Assembly (NCBI GenBank): GCA_048937405.1
Contig: JBHLNF010000007.1
Coordinates: forward strand, 1 to 64,000
Origin: Promethearchaeota archaeon
Lineage (GTDB): Archaea; Asgardarchaeota; Lokiarchaeia; Sigyniarchaeales; SOKP01
Direction of reading: 5' to 3'
Length of the DNA: 64,000 nucleotides
The translations under genes and the position numbers were made by a program. Every line of letters starts with the position of its first letter. Within the stretch, counting starts at the first letter, position 1. Below are positions 9,481-19,292 of this stretch, in pieces. Under the pieces are notes generated by a model, which saw only the letters and a list, made by a program, of their open reading frames with translations, was not told where the DNA came from and made no database searches.

Positions 9481-9972
9481 ATGGAAGTTATACATGAACA
9501 TGCATGGGAAGACTTTCTGGAAGAATTTACCAATATTTTTTCAGTATATGATCTGACAAAAAACAAAATCTTTATTTGTGGTTCATATGATGAAGAAACT
9601 TTTGCTACTCTTCAAGAGGTACAAAAAATTGTAAACAATATTGAGAATAACCTAGGATTTTTTGAAAAAGAATTCAGGCGAACTCACATAGAGAATTTAA
9701 TTTTAAAATTTGATCTTATTGCTAAATTTTCGAATGAAATATTAATGATTATAGAACACGATAAAGGCGGTCATATGATCGAAATGGGAATTATCCTGTC
9801 ATTTAGGGAATTTTCTGAAAAGACAAAAGTCTTCGTATTAAGAGATGCGGAAATTACAGAGGTGCTTAAAAGAGGAGGGTTGTTAACACCTTTTTTTAAG
9901 GAAGAAGAAAGCTTATTTTACTTTGAAAATATTGACACCTTGAAAAAACAGGTAAAGAAACTGTATTCTTAA
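9481..9972 (+). CDS. Nucleoside 2-deoxyribosyltransferase-like (NDT/TIR-like) protein
   Basis: IFICGS first strand, GGHMIEMG helix with candidate catalytic Glu; GGAGG SD. Confidence 0.55.
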   Translation: MEVIHEHAWEDFLEEFTNIFSVYDLTKNKIFICGSYDEETFATLQEVQKIVNNIENNLGFFEKEFRRTHIENLILKFDLIAKFSNEILMIIEHDKGGHMIEMGIILSFREFSEKTKVFVLRDAEITEVLKRGGLLTPFFKEEESLFYFENIDTLKKQVKKLYS

Positions 9973-10137
9973 AATTTTTTGCCTCTCATTATTATATTCT
10001 TTCATATTGAAATATAATTTTTAAAAGAAAGCTTAAATATGGAAACGACATAATTATTCATTGCATAGAACTCTCGTTATACCAAACTAACCTTTATTTT
10101 AATAAGTAAAATAATTAATAATTGGAGGATTCAAATA

Positions 10138-10521
10138 TTGAAAGATTTAACAGTTGTTTTAAAAAACAAACCCGGTACCCTAGCAGATATGGGGGAGACA
10201 TTAGGTAAAAATGGTATTAATATGGAAGGCTTATGTGGGTTTCCTTTAAAAAATGAGGCTTTAGTTCATATATTGGTAGAGGATGAAGTAACAACACGCT
10301 GGATACTTGAGAATGCAGGATTTGAAGTACGAGCTGTGCGTGAAGTACTTGTTTTGGATATAGGTCATATTGTGGGAAAGCCTGGCACAGGGGGGAAAGT
10401 TGCACGTAAGATAGGTAATGCTGGTGTTAATATTGATCTCATCTATTTTGCTGAGAATAATAGATTAGTTCTCGGAGTTGATGACTTAGAGAAAGCACAA
10501 ACAGCGTTATCAGGAGAATGA
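10138..10521 (+). CDS. Tandem ACT-domain protein
   Basis: NKPGTLA..LGKNGINM and KPG..IGNAGVNI; TTG start with GGAGG. Confidence 0.9.
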   Translation: MKDLTVVLKNKPGTLADMGETLGKNGINMEGLCGFPLKNEALVHILVEDEVTTRWILENAGFEVRAVREVLVLDIGHIVGKPGTGGKVARKIGNAGVNIDLIYFAENNRLVLGVDDLEKAQTALSGE

Positions 10522-10577
10522 GAAACTATAATAAAATATATGAAATTTTTGTTATTATTTCTTCCTTTAAAAAACTT

Positions 10578-11468
10578 CTATTCATGTAGCTTTTCTTTGA
10601 TTTGCACCACAAGTTTTTCCGATTCCTCAGAATCGGTTATAAATTTAATTTCCTCAGGTGAAGTTATCCCCAGTCTTAATTCTACAGCTCTTTTAATTTG
10701 TTCTTGTTCGAAAATTGGACCATTAGATACTTCTAGGGATGTTCCAAGAATTCGTAAAATAGCAACTCCAACTGCATCAATAGCCACTTTGTCAGTTCCA
10801 GCAATAAAGACATTTGCTTCTTTTTGAGTACCCTCCATCGGTCCACGATCTACGAAAACAGTAAGACCATCCATAACAATTAAATCAGCCTTGTATACAG
10901 AATTTATTTCCGCAATCATTTTCCTTTGATATTTAGAAGAGTGCAATTCACCCATATATTTTAGAGGTACTAATGCAACTGCATTTTTAAGTGATAAAGT
11001 AAAGTGTCCGCCATACATATGAGTCTTCAAACAACATGTTTCGACTATGCATTCAGCTTCATCATAAATTTTAGGAAAAAGAAATCCTTCTTTCCAATGA
11101 CTTTCTTTAGGATTTTTTAAAACAAAATTTTCTTTAGATAATTCAGTTAAATCAATTACTCCAACTTCTAACTGTTTAGCTAATTCATATATACCTTTTT
11201 TCTTAAATGTTTCAGCTGTATTAACTGGACCACTCCTTTCTGCAATTGTTATAGATTTTGCCCCCATCTCTTTTAACTTAATAATGAGTTCCTTTATTGT
11301 TTCCATTGAGCTAGAAGCAGGAGGAGGATCGGCAGTATTGAAATTTGGCTTCAAAATTACATTTTTGCCATTAATTGGATTAATTCCTAATAATTCTAAA
11401 GACTTATTCACACCATAAACGCGATCTTTTGTATAAATAACCGCTACATTAGTTTTGTTATTCATCAT
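10578..11468 (-). CDS. DUF362 family protein
   Basis: VILKPN, LKTH..FTLSLKN, DKVAIDA. Confidence 0.9.
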   Translation of the reverse strand: MMNNKTNVAVIYTKDRVYGVNKSLELLGINPINGKNVILKPNFNTADPPPASSSMETIKELIIKLKEMGAKSITIAERSGPVNTAETFKKKGIYELAKQLEVGVIDLTELSKENFVLKNPKESHWKEGFLFPKIYDEAECIVETCCLKTHMYGGHFTLSLKNAVALVPLKYMGELHSSKYQRKMIAEINSVYKADLIVMDGLTVFVDRGPMEGTQKEANVFIAGTDKVAIDAVGVAILRILGTSLEVSNGPIFEQEQIKRAVELRLGITSPEEIKFITDSEESEKLVVQIKEKLHE

Positions 11469-11607
11469 ATTTCGGATATTAAATTGAAACGCCCTAATTA
11501 AAGTTTCTTTTTATAAAAAAAAATTAAGAAAAAATATTGTAGAAATTGGATTTATTGAATTCTGATTTGTAAATGTATTATTTTTGAAATCTTTTCAGAT
11601 TATTTGG

Positions 11608-11651
11608 TGAAGCTTTATTCACTGAAGGTATATTCAGTGAAGGAGTATTCA
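11608..11651. promoter_or_regulatory. Three tandem palindromic boxes TGAA-N6-TTCA, 15-bp period
   Basis: Boxes at 11608, 11623 and 11638. Confidence 0.65.
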
Positions 11652-11687
11652 GGATTTCTCACAACTAACCATTAATTTCATAAATAT

Positions 11688-12827
11688 TTGAAAATTTTTG
11701 TGACTATGAATATTAATGATGACAATATTTACCGAAAATTACAAGAACATCTTGACAAATTACCAATTGGCTTTCCTGCAACAGAATCTGGTGTAGAATT
11801 ACGAATTTTAAAAAATCTTTTTACTCCAGAACAAGCAGAACTAGCAATGAAATTAGGATTTCAACCTTTACCCTTAACGAAAATATATAGAAAGGTTAAA
11901 AGGAGTGGTCTTACGATTGCCCAATTGGAAAATAAATTAGATGAGATGGATGAAAAAGGGATTATATATTGTGGTTCAGTTGAAGAACAAGATAAGCTTG
12001 TAAAGTATTATTCAAATGCTCCGTTAGTAATTGGGTTCTATGAATACCAAGCAGACCGTCTCACAGCAGATTTTTACAATGATGCATTACAATACTTCGA
12101 AGAAGCATTTTTAGATGAGTATAATAGGACAAAAATACCTCAATTTAGGACAATACCTATAGAAGAAAGTATAACATTTGAGCAAGAAATTTCGACCTAT
12201 GACCAAATAAGAGCATTAATTGAAAATATAGGGGAACCAATCGCAGTTCAAGAATGCATTTGTAGAAAAGGAAAAGATCTTATTGAAGATCCATGTAAAA
12301 AGACAGATCTCAGAGAATCTTGCTTTTCTTTTCGAACCGCAGCAAAAACATATATAAATAAAGGATTAGGCAGAGAAATTTCAAAAGAAGAAGCATTAAA
12401 AATCCTAAAAAAAGCCGAAGAAGATGGCTTAGTATTACAACCAGGGAATTCTCAAAGACCATTGGCCATCTGTACTTGTTGCGGTTGTTGTTGTGGGATA
12501 CTTACTAACCAAAAAAGATTATTAGAACCGGCACAATTTTTTGCTACTAATTTTTATGCTTCTGTTGATGAAAATCTCTGTATAGGATGTGAATCATGTA
12601 AAGAGAGGTGCAATATGGATGCAATACATATGGAAAATAACATCGCGAATGTAAATAAAGCCAGATGTATAGGGTGTGGAGTTTGTATTCCAACATGCAC
12701 ATCTGAAGCCATTAAACTTCTTAAAAAGGATAAAGAAACTATCCCTCCAAAAAATACGACAGCTACTTACATGGCAATAATGAATAAAAAGGCAGAATTA
12801 ACAAGAGCAGTAAAAAATATATTATAA
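11688..12827 (+). CDS. 4Fe-4S dicluster protein with N-terminal HTH-like domain
   Basis: CICR, CTCCGCCC and two CxxCxxCxxxC motifs; start may be ATG 11706. Confidence 0.9.
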   Translation: MKIFVTMNINDDNIYRKLQEHLDKLPIGFPATESGVELRILKNLFTPEQAELAMKLGFQPLPLTKIYRKVKRSGLTIAQLENKLDEMDEKGIIYCGSVEEQDKLVKYYSNAPLVIGFYEYQADRLTADFYNDALQYFEEAFLDEYNRTKIPQFRTIPIEESITFEQEISTYDQIRALIENIGEPIAVQECICRKGKDLIEDPCKKTDLRESCFSFRTAAKTYINKGLGREISKEEALKILKKAEEDGLVLQPGNSQRPLAICTCCGCCCGILTNQKRLLEPAQFFATNFYASVDENLCIGCESCKERCNMDAIHMENNIANVNKARCIGCGVCIPTCTSEAIKLLKKDKETIPPKNTTATYMAIMNKKAELTRAVKNIL

Positions 12828-12957
12828 ATTCTTTTTTTTTTAAAATAAGATATTCTTAGAGAAAAAATTCTTGAATAAATAATTTCAACCGTTTTTTTTT
12901 CGAAGTTTTTAAGGTTTTACTAAAAAATAAAGTAATTATATAACACGTTTCAAAAAG

Positions 12958-13167
12958 ATGCTAAGTTTTTTAGTAAGACTAAGAGATAAAAAATTTCAAA
13001 AAAGTAAAAAATCTTTTTCTGAAAGATACCGGCATTGTAATCGATGTGAAATCGACTTGAATATCTCCAATAATCAAGAGATAGTTTGTGCACTCTGCGG
13101 AGAGACATACTGTAATTACTGTATTGATAAACATCAGAAGTATTGTTATTCCTTATTCCTAAAATAA
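12958..13167 (+). CDS. Small Cys/His zinc-finger protein
   Basis: CNRC..CALC..YCNYC..H..YC. Confidence 0.65.
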   Translation: MLSFLVRLRDKKFQKSKKSFSERYRHCNRCEIDLNISNNQEIVCALCGETYCNYCIDKHQKYCYSLFLK

Positions 13168-13438
13168 AAATTAAAAATACTCATCACAAGAATTAAAATT
13201 CATTACATTGAAATAAACTAGAATGTCCAAGAAAAAATTCTTTTTAAACTAAAAGTGTTTATTACTTCAGTTCTTTTTTATTGAGAAATAAGTTAGAATT
13301 AGAGAATTTTTTATTATGCAGACTAATTCGATCTTCTAAATTTTCTCTTTTTGCTAATATATGAATATGTCCATGGTAAATTATGATTTTACACTTTTCT
13401 TTATTTAATTCTCCAGATTTAGTCATTATCATCAAGAG

Positions 13439-14161
13439 TTAAGAAACAATTTTATTTTTCTTTAAAATCCAACCATCAATTGAGAACTTTTGAACAAGGT
13501 TCTTCACATTATCAAATCCAGAATGAATTGTGGATTTTGGTATCCAAACTTCTGCTTCATTTTCAAACTGAATAAGTAAAGCTTTATCGGTTTCTCCTAC
13601 AATCGCACCAGTTACATCTTTTATCTCACCTAATTTTCCATCATGATAATCTTTATCATGATTATTTATAATACCACTATCATCAGTATCTACAATAATT
13701 TCCTCCTTTACAATGATCTCGTTTAATTTATTAACACTGTTCTTGTTTGAAATATTAAGAACAGTGGCAAATTCTATTTTTTCTTTAAGAATATGCTTTA
13801 ATAACATTTCTAATATTTTAAATTGAGAATACTCTAGCACCTTTGAATAAGAACCAATGTGTATCCATAGTTTTGTTTTTTCTGTATTTTCCCATTTAAA
13901 AGATATTTGCGTTTTAGTATCCTTGAAAGTATGATAACTTGACCACGAATCTACTTCTTTTGTGAGCACACGAATAATCCAAACCAATTCTTCTAATGAA
14001 AATTTAATTATTTTGCCTTCTCCACTACTAGGTTTTTCCCAAGATCCATTATTTTTGCTTTTAATCAGTCTAAAAAACATAAAAGGATCATTTTTAGTAG
14101 CACTTTGAATAATTAAACCTACTTTTTGACCAAAAAAACTATAACTATGATTATCAACCAT
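13439..14161 (-). CDS. Hypothetical protein, possible PC4/Whirly-like ssDNA-binding domain plus small C-terminal beta domain
   Basis: WEK...KFSLEEL...SYH pattern; C-terminal ETDKALL...WIPKS. Confidence 0.6.
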   Translation of the reverse strand: MVDNHSYSFFGQKVGLIIQSATKNDPFMFFRLIKSKNNGSWEKPSSGEGKIIKFSLEELVWIIRVLTKEVDSWSSYHTFKDTKTQISFKWENTEKTKLWIHIGSYSKVLEYSQFKILEMLLKHILKEKIEFATVLNISNKNSVNKLNEIIVKEEIIVDTDDSGIINNHDKDYHDGKLGEIKDVTGAIVGETDKALLIQFENEAEVWIPKSTIHSGFDNVKNLVQKFSIDGWILKKNKIVS

Positions 14162-14280
14162 ATATCTTACAATAATTGGATATTTTTAAAGAAAAACAGA
14201 CTAAAAATTTAGTATTTTTGTCGAAAAATTCGAAATTCCTCTTACAAAAATTTTTTTATTTTCTTATACTTCTTACTACA

Positions 14281-15126
14281 ATGGAAACTAACAATCAAAA
14301 AAAAACAGAAGCGGATGTAATTAAATCTACCCATTATCCCAATACAATAAATTCATTAAAACTAGATTTCAAAGCGCTTGGCATAAGATCAGGACAGATA
14401 ATACTAATGCATAGTTCTTTGAGTGCTATTGGGTGGACAGTAGGAGGTCCTGTTTCCGTTATAGAAGCACTAATGGAAATCCTAACGACAGAAGGAACAT
14501 TGATAATGCCTACATTTTCAGGTGATAATACAGATCCATCTGGTTGGGTAAATCCTCCTGTACCAGAAAAATGGTGGGACATTATTCGTAATGAAATGCC
14601 ACCTTATCATCCAAAAAATACACCTACACGAGGAATGGGGATAATTGTTGACACTTTCAGAAATTGGCCCAATGTAATTCGTAGTAATCATCCTGTATCC
14701 TCATTTGCAGCGTGGGGTAAATATGCTGAATATATAACTAAAAATCATGAATTAGAAGCAGATTTAGGAGAAGATTCTCCATTAGCTCGAATATATAAGT
14801 TAAATGGAAAAATTCTATTAGTAGGAGTAACTCATGAAAATAATAGTTCTCTCCATCTTGCTGAATATCGAAGTAACTTTCCAGGAAAGAATTATAAATT
14901 AAATGGTTCAGCAATACTAATAGATAATAAAAGAAAGTGGGTTAAATGGAAAGAATTAGATCTGAATATGGATGATTTCAAGCAATTAGGAAAAGATTTT
15001 GAATTAAAAATCAAATACACACCAAATAAAGTTGGATTAGCAGAAGCTAGATTATTTTCACAAAGAGAAATAATCAATTTTGCTATAGAGTGGTTTAAGA
15101 ATAATCGAATAAAAAATAAAGAGTGA
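14281..15126 (+). CDS. AAC(3)/YokD family N-acetyltransferase
   Basis: MHSSLS..G, LIMPTF, RSNHP, SSLHLAE; ATG at 14281 preferred. Confidence 0.93.
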   Translation: METNNQKKTEADVIKSTHYPNTINSLKLDFKALGIRSGQIILMHSSLSAIGWTVGGPVSVIEALMEILTTEGTLIMPTFSGDNTDPSGWVNPPVPEKWWDIIRNEMPPYHPKNTPTRGMGIIVDTFRNWPNVIRSNHPVSSFAAWGKYAEYITKNHELEADLGEDSPLARIYKLNGKILLVGVTHENNSSLHLAEYRSNFPGKNYKLNGSAILIDNKRKWVKWKELDLNMDDFKQLGKDFELKIKYTPNKVGLAEARLFSQREIINFAIEWFKNNRIKNKE

Positions 15127-15175
15127 TAAAAGTCTGATTGAATTAAATTATTTCAAGAAATTACAAGAAATTCTT

Positions 15176-15910
15176 ATGAATTCATGGCCTGCTAAATATT
15201 ACTATTTCTTAAATGGGTGGATATTACGATTTACAGAGGGAGTAACATCTCGAGCAAATTCTGTCCTACCTATAAATTATACTGGAGACTTAATTAACTT
15301 GGACCGAGATATTGAGATAGTTGAAAACGCTTATAAGACTTATAATTTACCAACAATCTTTACAATTCCAGAATATTTCGAACCACGCGGTTTAGATCTA
15401 AAGCTTATTGAACAAGGATATCAACAGTCAGGAAACATCACTCATACAATGATAACTTCTATTCAAGAATTAAAAAATGAGTCAATTAATGATAAATTCT
15501 CATATAATTTAAAATCAGAAAGAGTTGTCGAATTCTCCACTTTTCTAACTAAATATTCAAAAAGAAATCAAAATGCCCAAAAAGTTTTGGATGCATTATC
15601 TGACCGAATTAAAATTCCAAAAAAATGTTTCATAATAGCTGAATATGAAAAGAAAGTAGTGGGAACTCTTATGGGAATAATAGATCCCCATGGATTTTTA
15701 TATATAGCTGATGTATTAGTAGATCCAGATGCTCGACAACAAAAAATTGCAACATCAATGCTTTTTACTATTGTAAATAATTGGGCTTTACAGAACGGAG
15801 CAAAAACCATATGGTTGCAGGTAGAAATTGAGAATAAGGAAGCAATGAGCTTATACAAGAAGCTTGGATTTAAAAAAGCTTATAGTTATTATTATCTTGA
15901 GAAATCTTAG
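15176..15910 (+). CDS. GNAT N-acetyltransferase (true start possibly CTG 15134)
   Basis: NSWPA, TSRANSV, V.PDARQQKIA, WLQVEIEN..A..LY.KLGF. Confidence 0.9.
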   Translation: MNSWPAKYYYFLNGWILRFTEGVTSRANSVLPINYTGDLINLDRDIEIVENAYKTYNLPTIFTIPEYFEPRGLDLKLIEQGYQQSGNITHTMITSIQELKNESINDKFSYNLKSERVVEFSTFLTKYSKRNQNAQKVLDALSDRIKIPKKCFIIAEYEKKVVGTLMGIIDPHGFLYIADVLVDPDARQQKIATSMLFTIVNNWALQNGAKTIWLQVEIENKEAMSLYKKLGFKKAYSYYYLEKS

Positions 15911-15949
15911 AATCATTGAGTAGCAAATGTATCGACTAGCTTAAAATTT

Positions 15950-16837
15950 TCAAAGATAAGAAACAGATCCATAAGATCGTTTATCATCTAAAGAAAATGA
16001 ACTATTAATAAAACCAGAATCACTAACTTTTAGAAATTCATTAATTTCAGGGTAATTTTCATGTAAAAACGTCATTACTTCTTCAAAATACGCGTTAAAT
16101 TTCCCATAAGCAATTTTATAATCATTAAACTCTTTATAATTTAGATGGAGAATTAAAATACGAGCATATTGAATTCCCATTTTTTTATTCAAATTATCAA
16201 GTATAGAAAAAATATAGTATTGATCATATTTTAAATCTATAAAAAGTAAAAAATCTGTTAATTCTTTTATGTTTCTAAAGTTTACGAGAGGTTTTTTCAA
16301 GAATTTCTTGAGTTGATAAATAACTTTATTAACTAGGTTCAATTTGGTGATTAATAATAAGATATTTAGTTCCTCTTTGTTTAAATATTCTAAATACCCA
16401 CTATATAATAAAAACTGTTTAACTTTAATATCACCTCCTTCAAATCTTTTCGCCACCTCTTCTTTAAATACTAAATTGGCAAGCTTATCTCCTGCAATTG
16501 TTAACTCCTTCAGTAATGGAAATGCTAGATTACTATGGATCAAAGTTGTATTATAATCATTTTCATACCATACTTGAAGATTTGAACAATGAGCCCAAAA
16601 TATTGTTTTTGGAGAAATTTTACAATTATTATAATTAGCACTTTCAAAATTTCTCTCGATTTTTTCTACAAACTCATCTATTGAATCGATTTCTTCAATA
16701 TCTTTAAACTTTTCTATAGGAATAGTTAATAAAATGAATTTACAATGCCTAAATAATTTATTATTAACGTAAATGTTTGTCCTACCATTTTCTAATCTAA
16801 TATCGAGAAATTGATTAATTGTATATTTAAGCATCAA
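15950..16837 (-). CDS. Lokiarchaeal conserved-domain protein (domain usually N-terminal to LRRs)
   Basis: LENGRTNIYVN...FWAHCSNLQVWYEN...LAFPLLKEL...FKEEVAKRF. Confidence 0.75.
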   Translation of the reverse strand: MMLKYTINQFLDIRLENGRTNIYVNNKLFRHCKFILLTIPIEKFKDIEEIDSIDEFVEKIERNFESANYNNCKISPKTIFWAHCSNLQVWYENDYNTTLIHSNLAFPLLKELTIAGDKLANLVFKEEVAKRFEGGDIKVKQFLLYSGYLEYLNKEELNILLLITKLNLVNKVIYQLKKFLKKPLVNFRNIKELTDFLLFIDLKYDQYYIFSILDNLNKKMGIQYARILILHLNYKEFNDYKIAYGKFNAYFEEVMTFLHENYPEINEFLKVSDSGFINSSFSLDDKRSYGSVSYL

Positions 16838-16937
16838 AATGTAAAGATATTTCTTTTGTTATATTTTTTTGCTTTATAATTTTAAAAAATTTTTTTTTAT
16901 ACATATAATTAAATTTCGAAGAGCCTAAATTAATACT

Positions 16938-17329
16938 ATGAACGATATAATAAAAGTATTTTATGACAGAATACCATATTATTCAACTTTAGGTTTTGAA
17001 TTGCATGAGATCTCTAATGGAAGAGCTAATTTCGAAATAGAAGTGAGAAAGGAATTAACTCAATTTGGAATGATTCATGGTGGTGTTTTAGCTTCACTTA
17101 TAGATTCAACTTGTGCATGTGCTGCGTTTTCCTTGATTCTACCTGATGGAATTGTTACTACAATAGATTTGCAGGTTGAATTTTTAAAGAATATTTCAAA
17201 TGGACGCTTAAAAGCAATTGCTAAATGTATTAAAATGGAAAAAATATTTTTTTCTGCAAAGCAAAAGTATGGGATGAAAAAGGAAATCTAATATGTACAG
17301 GGAGTTCTCAACTTCTTAGAATAAAATGA
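16938..17329 (+). pseudogene. PaaI/hotdog thioesterase, frameshifted near 17232 (or homopolymer error)
   Basis: HGGVLASLID motif; the expected C-terminus NGKNIFFCKAKVWDEKGNLICTG continues in the -1 frame to TGA 17329. Confidence 0.8.
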
Positions 17330-17501
17330 ATCAGTCAAATTTCACAGAAATTTTTACTTGATCTTTAATAAATTTTTCTATTTGTTTTATATATATAAAT
17401 AAAAAAAAAAAAATTAGGGTAAAATTTTTTTATGTTCAATTATTACGGAAATCAGTTTTTATTGTACTTTTTTATATTTGGTTAAAATAGATATTATTGT
17501 T

Positions 17502-18011
17502 ATGAAAAAAACAGTAAAGCTTATAGTTTCTGGAGATGGTGGAGTTGGGAAAACCTCATTTCTTAATCGTTTAATTCATGATAGTTTCAATGGTAATTGT
17601 GAATTAACCAAGGGAGTTGATTTTTTTTCCAAAACCCTTATAGTAAATGAGCATGAGTATAATTTTGTAATATGGGATTTTGCAGGTCAAGATCAATTTA
17701 AACAAATTTTAACTGATTTTGTTGGTGGGTCAATAGCAGCATTTATTTTATTTGATCTATCTCGCTTCAACACTCTCGGGACTGCAGAACAATGGATAAG
17801 AAAACTCAATGAATATGGAAAAATTTCAATATTTTTATTAGGTACAAAATTTGATATGATTAATTATAATGAATGTACGGTTTTTGATCAGTATATTTCA
17901 GATATAAGGAATAAATATCATAACATCATAGACTATTTAAAAATATCATCAAAAACAGGATATAATGTGAAAGAAGCTTTCAATTCTCTATTAAAGAGTC
18001 TTTCAAATTAA
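17502..18011 (+). CDS. Rab-like small GTPase
   Basis: GDGGVGKT, TKGVDF, WDFAGQ, GTKFD, ISSK. Confidence 0.92.
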   Translation: MKKTVKLIVSGDGGVGKTSFLNRLIHDSFNGNCELTKGVDFFSKTLIVNEHEYNFVIWDFAGQDQFKQILTDFVGGSIAAFILFDLSRFNTLGTAEQWIRKLNEYGKISIFLLGTKFDMINYNECTVFDQYISDIRNKYHNIIDYLKISSKTGYNVKEAFNSLLKSLSN

Positions 18012-18023
18012 AAAGAAAAAAAA

Positions 18024-19052
18024 TTAAACCTTAGAAATCCAGCCAAAATCATCTTCAATATCTAATCTTTGAATCCCTGTCAACAATTCATATATTTTTA
18101 TTGCTATTTCACCAGGTTCTCGGTTATTAAAAATATGTTCTTTGCCTTTTAATGAAACGGATGCTATTGGTGTAATCACCGCAGCAGTACCACTACAAAA
18201 TACTTCTGTGCAGGATTCCTCATATAATTCTTTATAAGAGATATCTCTCTCCTCAACCTCTAACCCAAGTTTTTTAGAGGCTATCTCTAATACTGCTTCT
18301 CTTGTAATTCCTTCTAAAATTGTACCAGATTTTCTTGGAGTTGCTAATTTACCATTAATTATTGCGAAAAAATTTGCAGCACCAACTTCCTCTATATATT
18401 CATTATGAACTGCATCTAAATAAAGAATCTGGGAAAAACCTCTTTCCTTTGATTCTTTTGCGGGATACATTGTTCCTGCATAATTACAAATTGTTTTAGC
18501 TGAGCCAGTACCACCCGGAGCGGCTCTTATATATTCTTTTGAAATTTCTAAATTGATTCCTTTAAATCCCTCTGGAAAATAAGGGCCAACAGGAACTGTA
18601 AAAATAATTAATTTAAACTCATCTGCTGAATGTACTCCTAAAACTGGACCATATCCAAATAAAATTGGTCGGATATATAAAGCACCCCCACTATCGTAAG
18701 GTGGAATGTAATCTTTATTTTCCTTTACAACACCTTTTATTGCACTAATAAATTTGTCCATGTCATATTCTGGTAATAACATTCTTTTAGCACTCGAATT
18801 GAATCTCTTCGCATTTTCTTCAGGTCTAAATAATGTTATTTCTCCATTTTTAGCTCTTAAGGCTTTCATTCCTTCAAAAATACCTTGTCCATAATTTAAT
18901 ACACAAGATGCTGGAGAAATCTCAAAATTTCCAAACGGTACCAACTTTCCTTCATTCCATTTCCCATTCTTATGATCAGCCATAAACATTGTCTTTGTTT
19001 CAATAAATTTGAAACCTAATGAATAGAAATCAATATCTTTCGGATCTACCAT
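18024..19052 (-). CDS. ilvE: Branched-chain amino acid aminotransferase
   Basis: YGQGIFEGMKA, LYIRP, K..CNY, EEVGAANF, ILEGITR, GTAAVITP. Confidence 0.95.
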   Translation of the reverse strand: MVDPKDIDFYSLGFKFIETKTMFMADHKNGKWNEGKLVPFGNFEISPASCVLNYGQGIFEGMKALRAKNGEITLFRPEENAKRFNSSAKRMLLPEYDMDKFISAIKGVVKENKDYIPPYDSGGALYIRPILFGYGPVLGVHSADEFKLIIFTVPVGPYFPEGFKGINLEISKEYIRAAPGGTGSAKTICNYAGTMYPAKESKERGFSQILYLDAVHNEYIEEVGAANFFAIINGKLATPRKSGTILEGITREAVLEIASKKLGLEVEERDISYKELYEESCTEVFCSGTAAVITPIASVSLKGKEHIFNNREPGEIAIKIYELLTGIQRLDIEDDFGWISKV

Positions 19053-19292
19053 AGTTCTATAAACCTGTTTTTTTTTAAATTATTAGGTTTAATATATGAA
19101 GATTAAAAAGTCTTATTGATAATAATCAAATTAACTAGACTTCCCACATTTGATATCATTCTAATTAAATTAAAAATTTAGCTTTAAATCAAATGATAAA
19201 GACATGTTGAGGAGAGGTAAATTGAAAATTTAAGATTAAAAATTCATTAAATTTTCATAAAATTTTTCAAAACTAATTAGTTATTTTAAGAT

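Noticed and set aside
11608-11651. Mini-CRISPR
   Set aside because: 15-bp period with no spacers; no cas genes in the window.
19190-19240. Faint resemblance to the rRNA trailer repeat
   Set aside because: Lacks the GTATGTTCTTGAG core; compatible with chance in purine-rich sequence.
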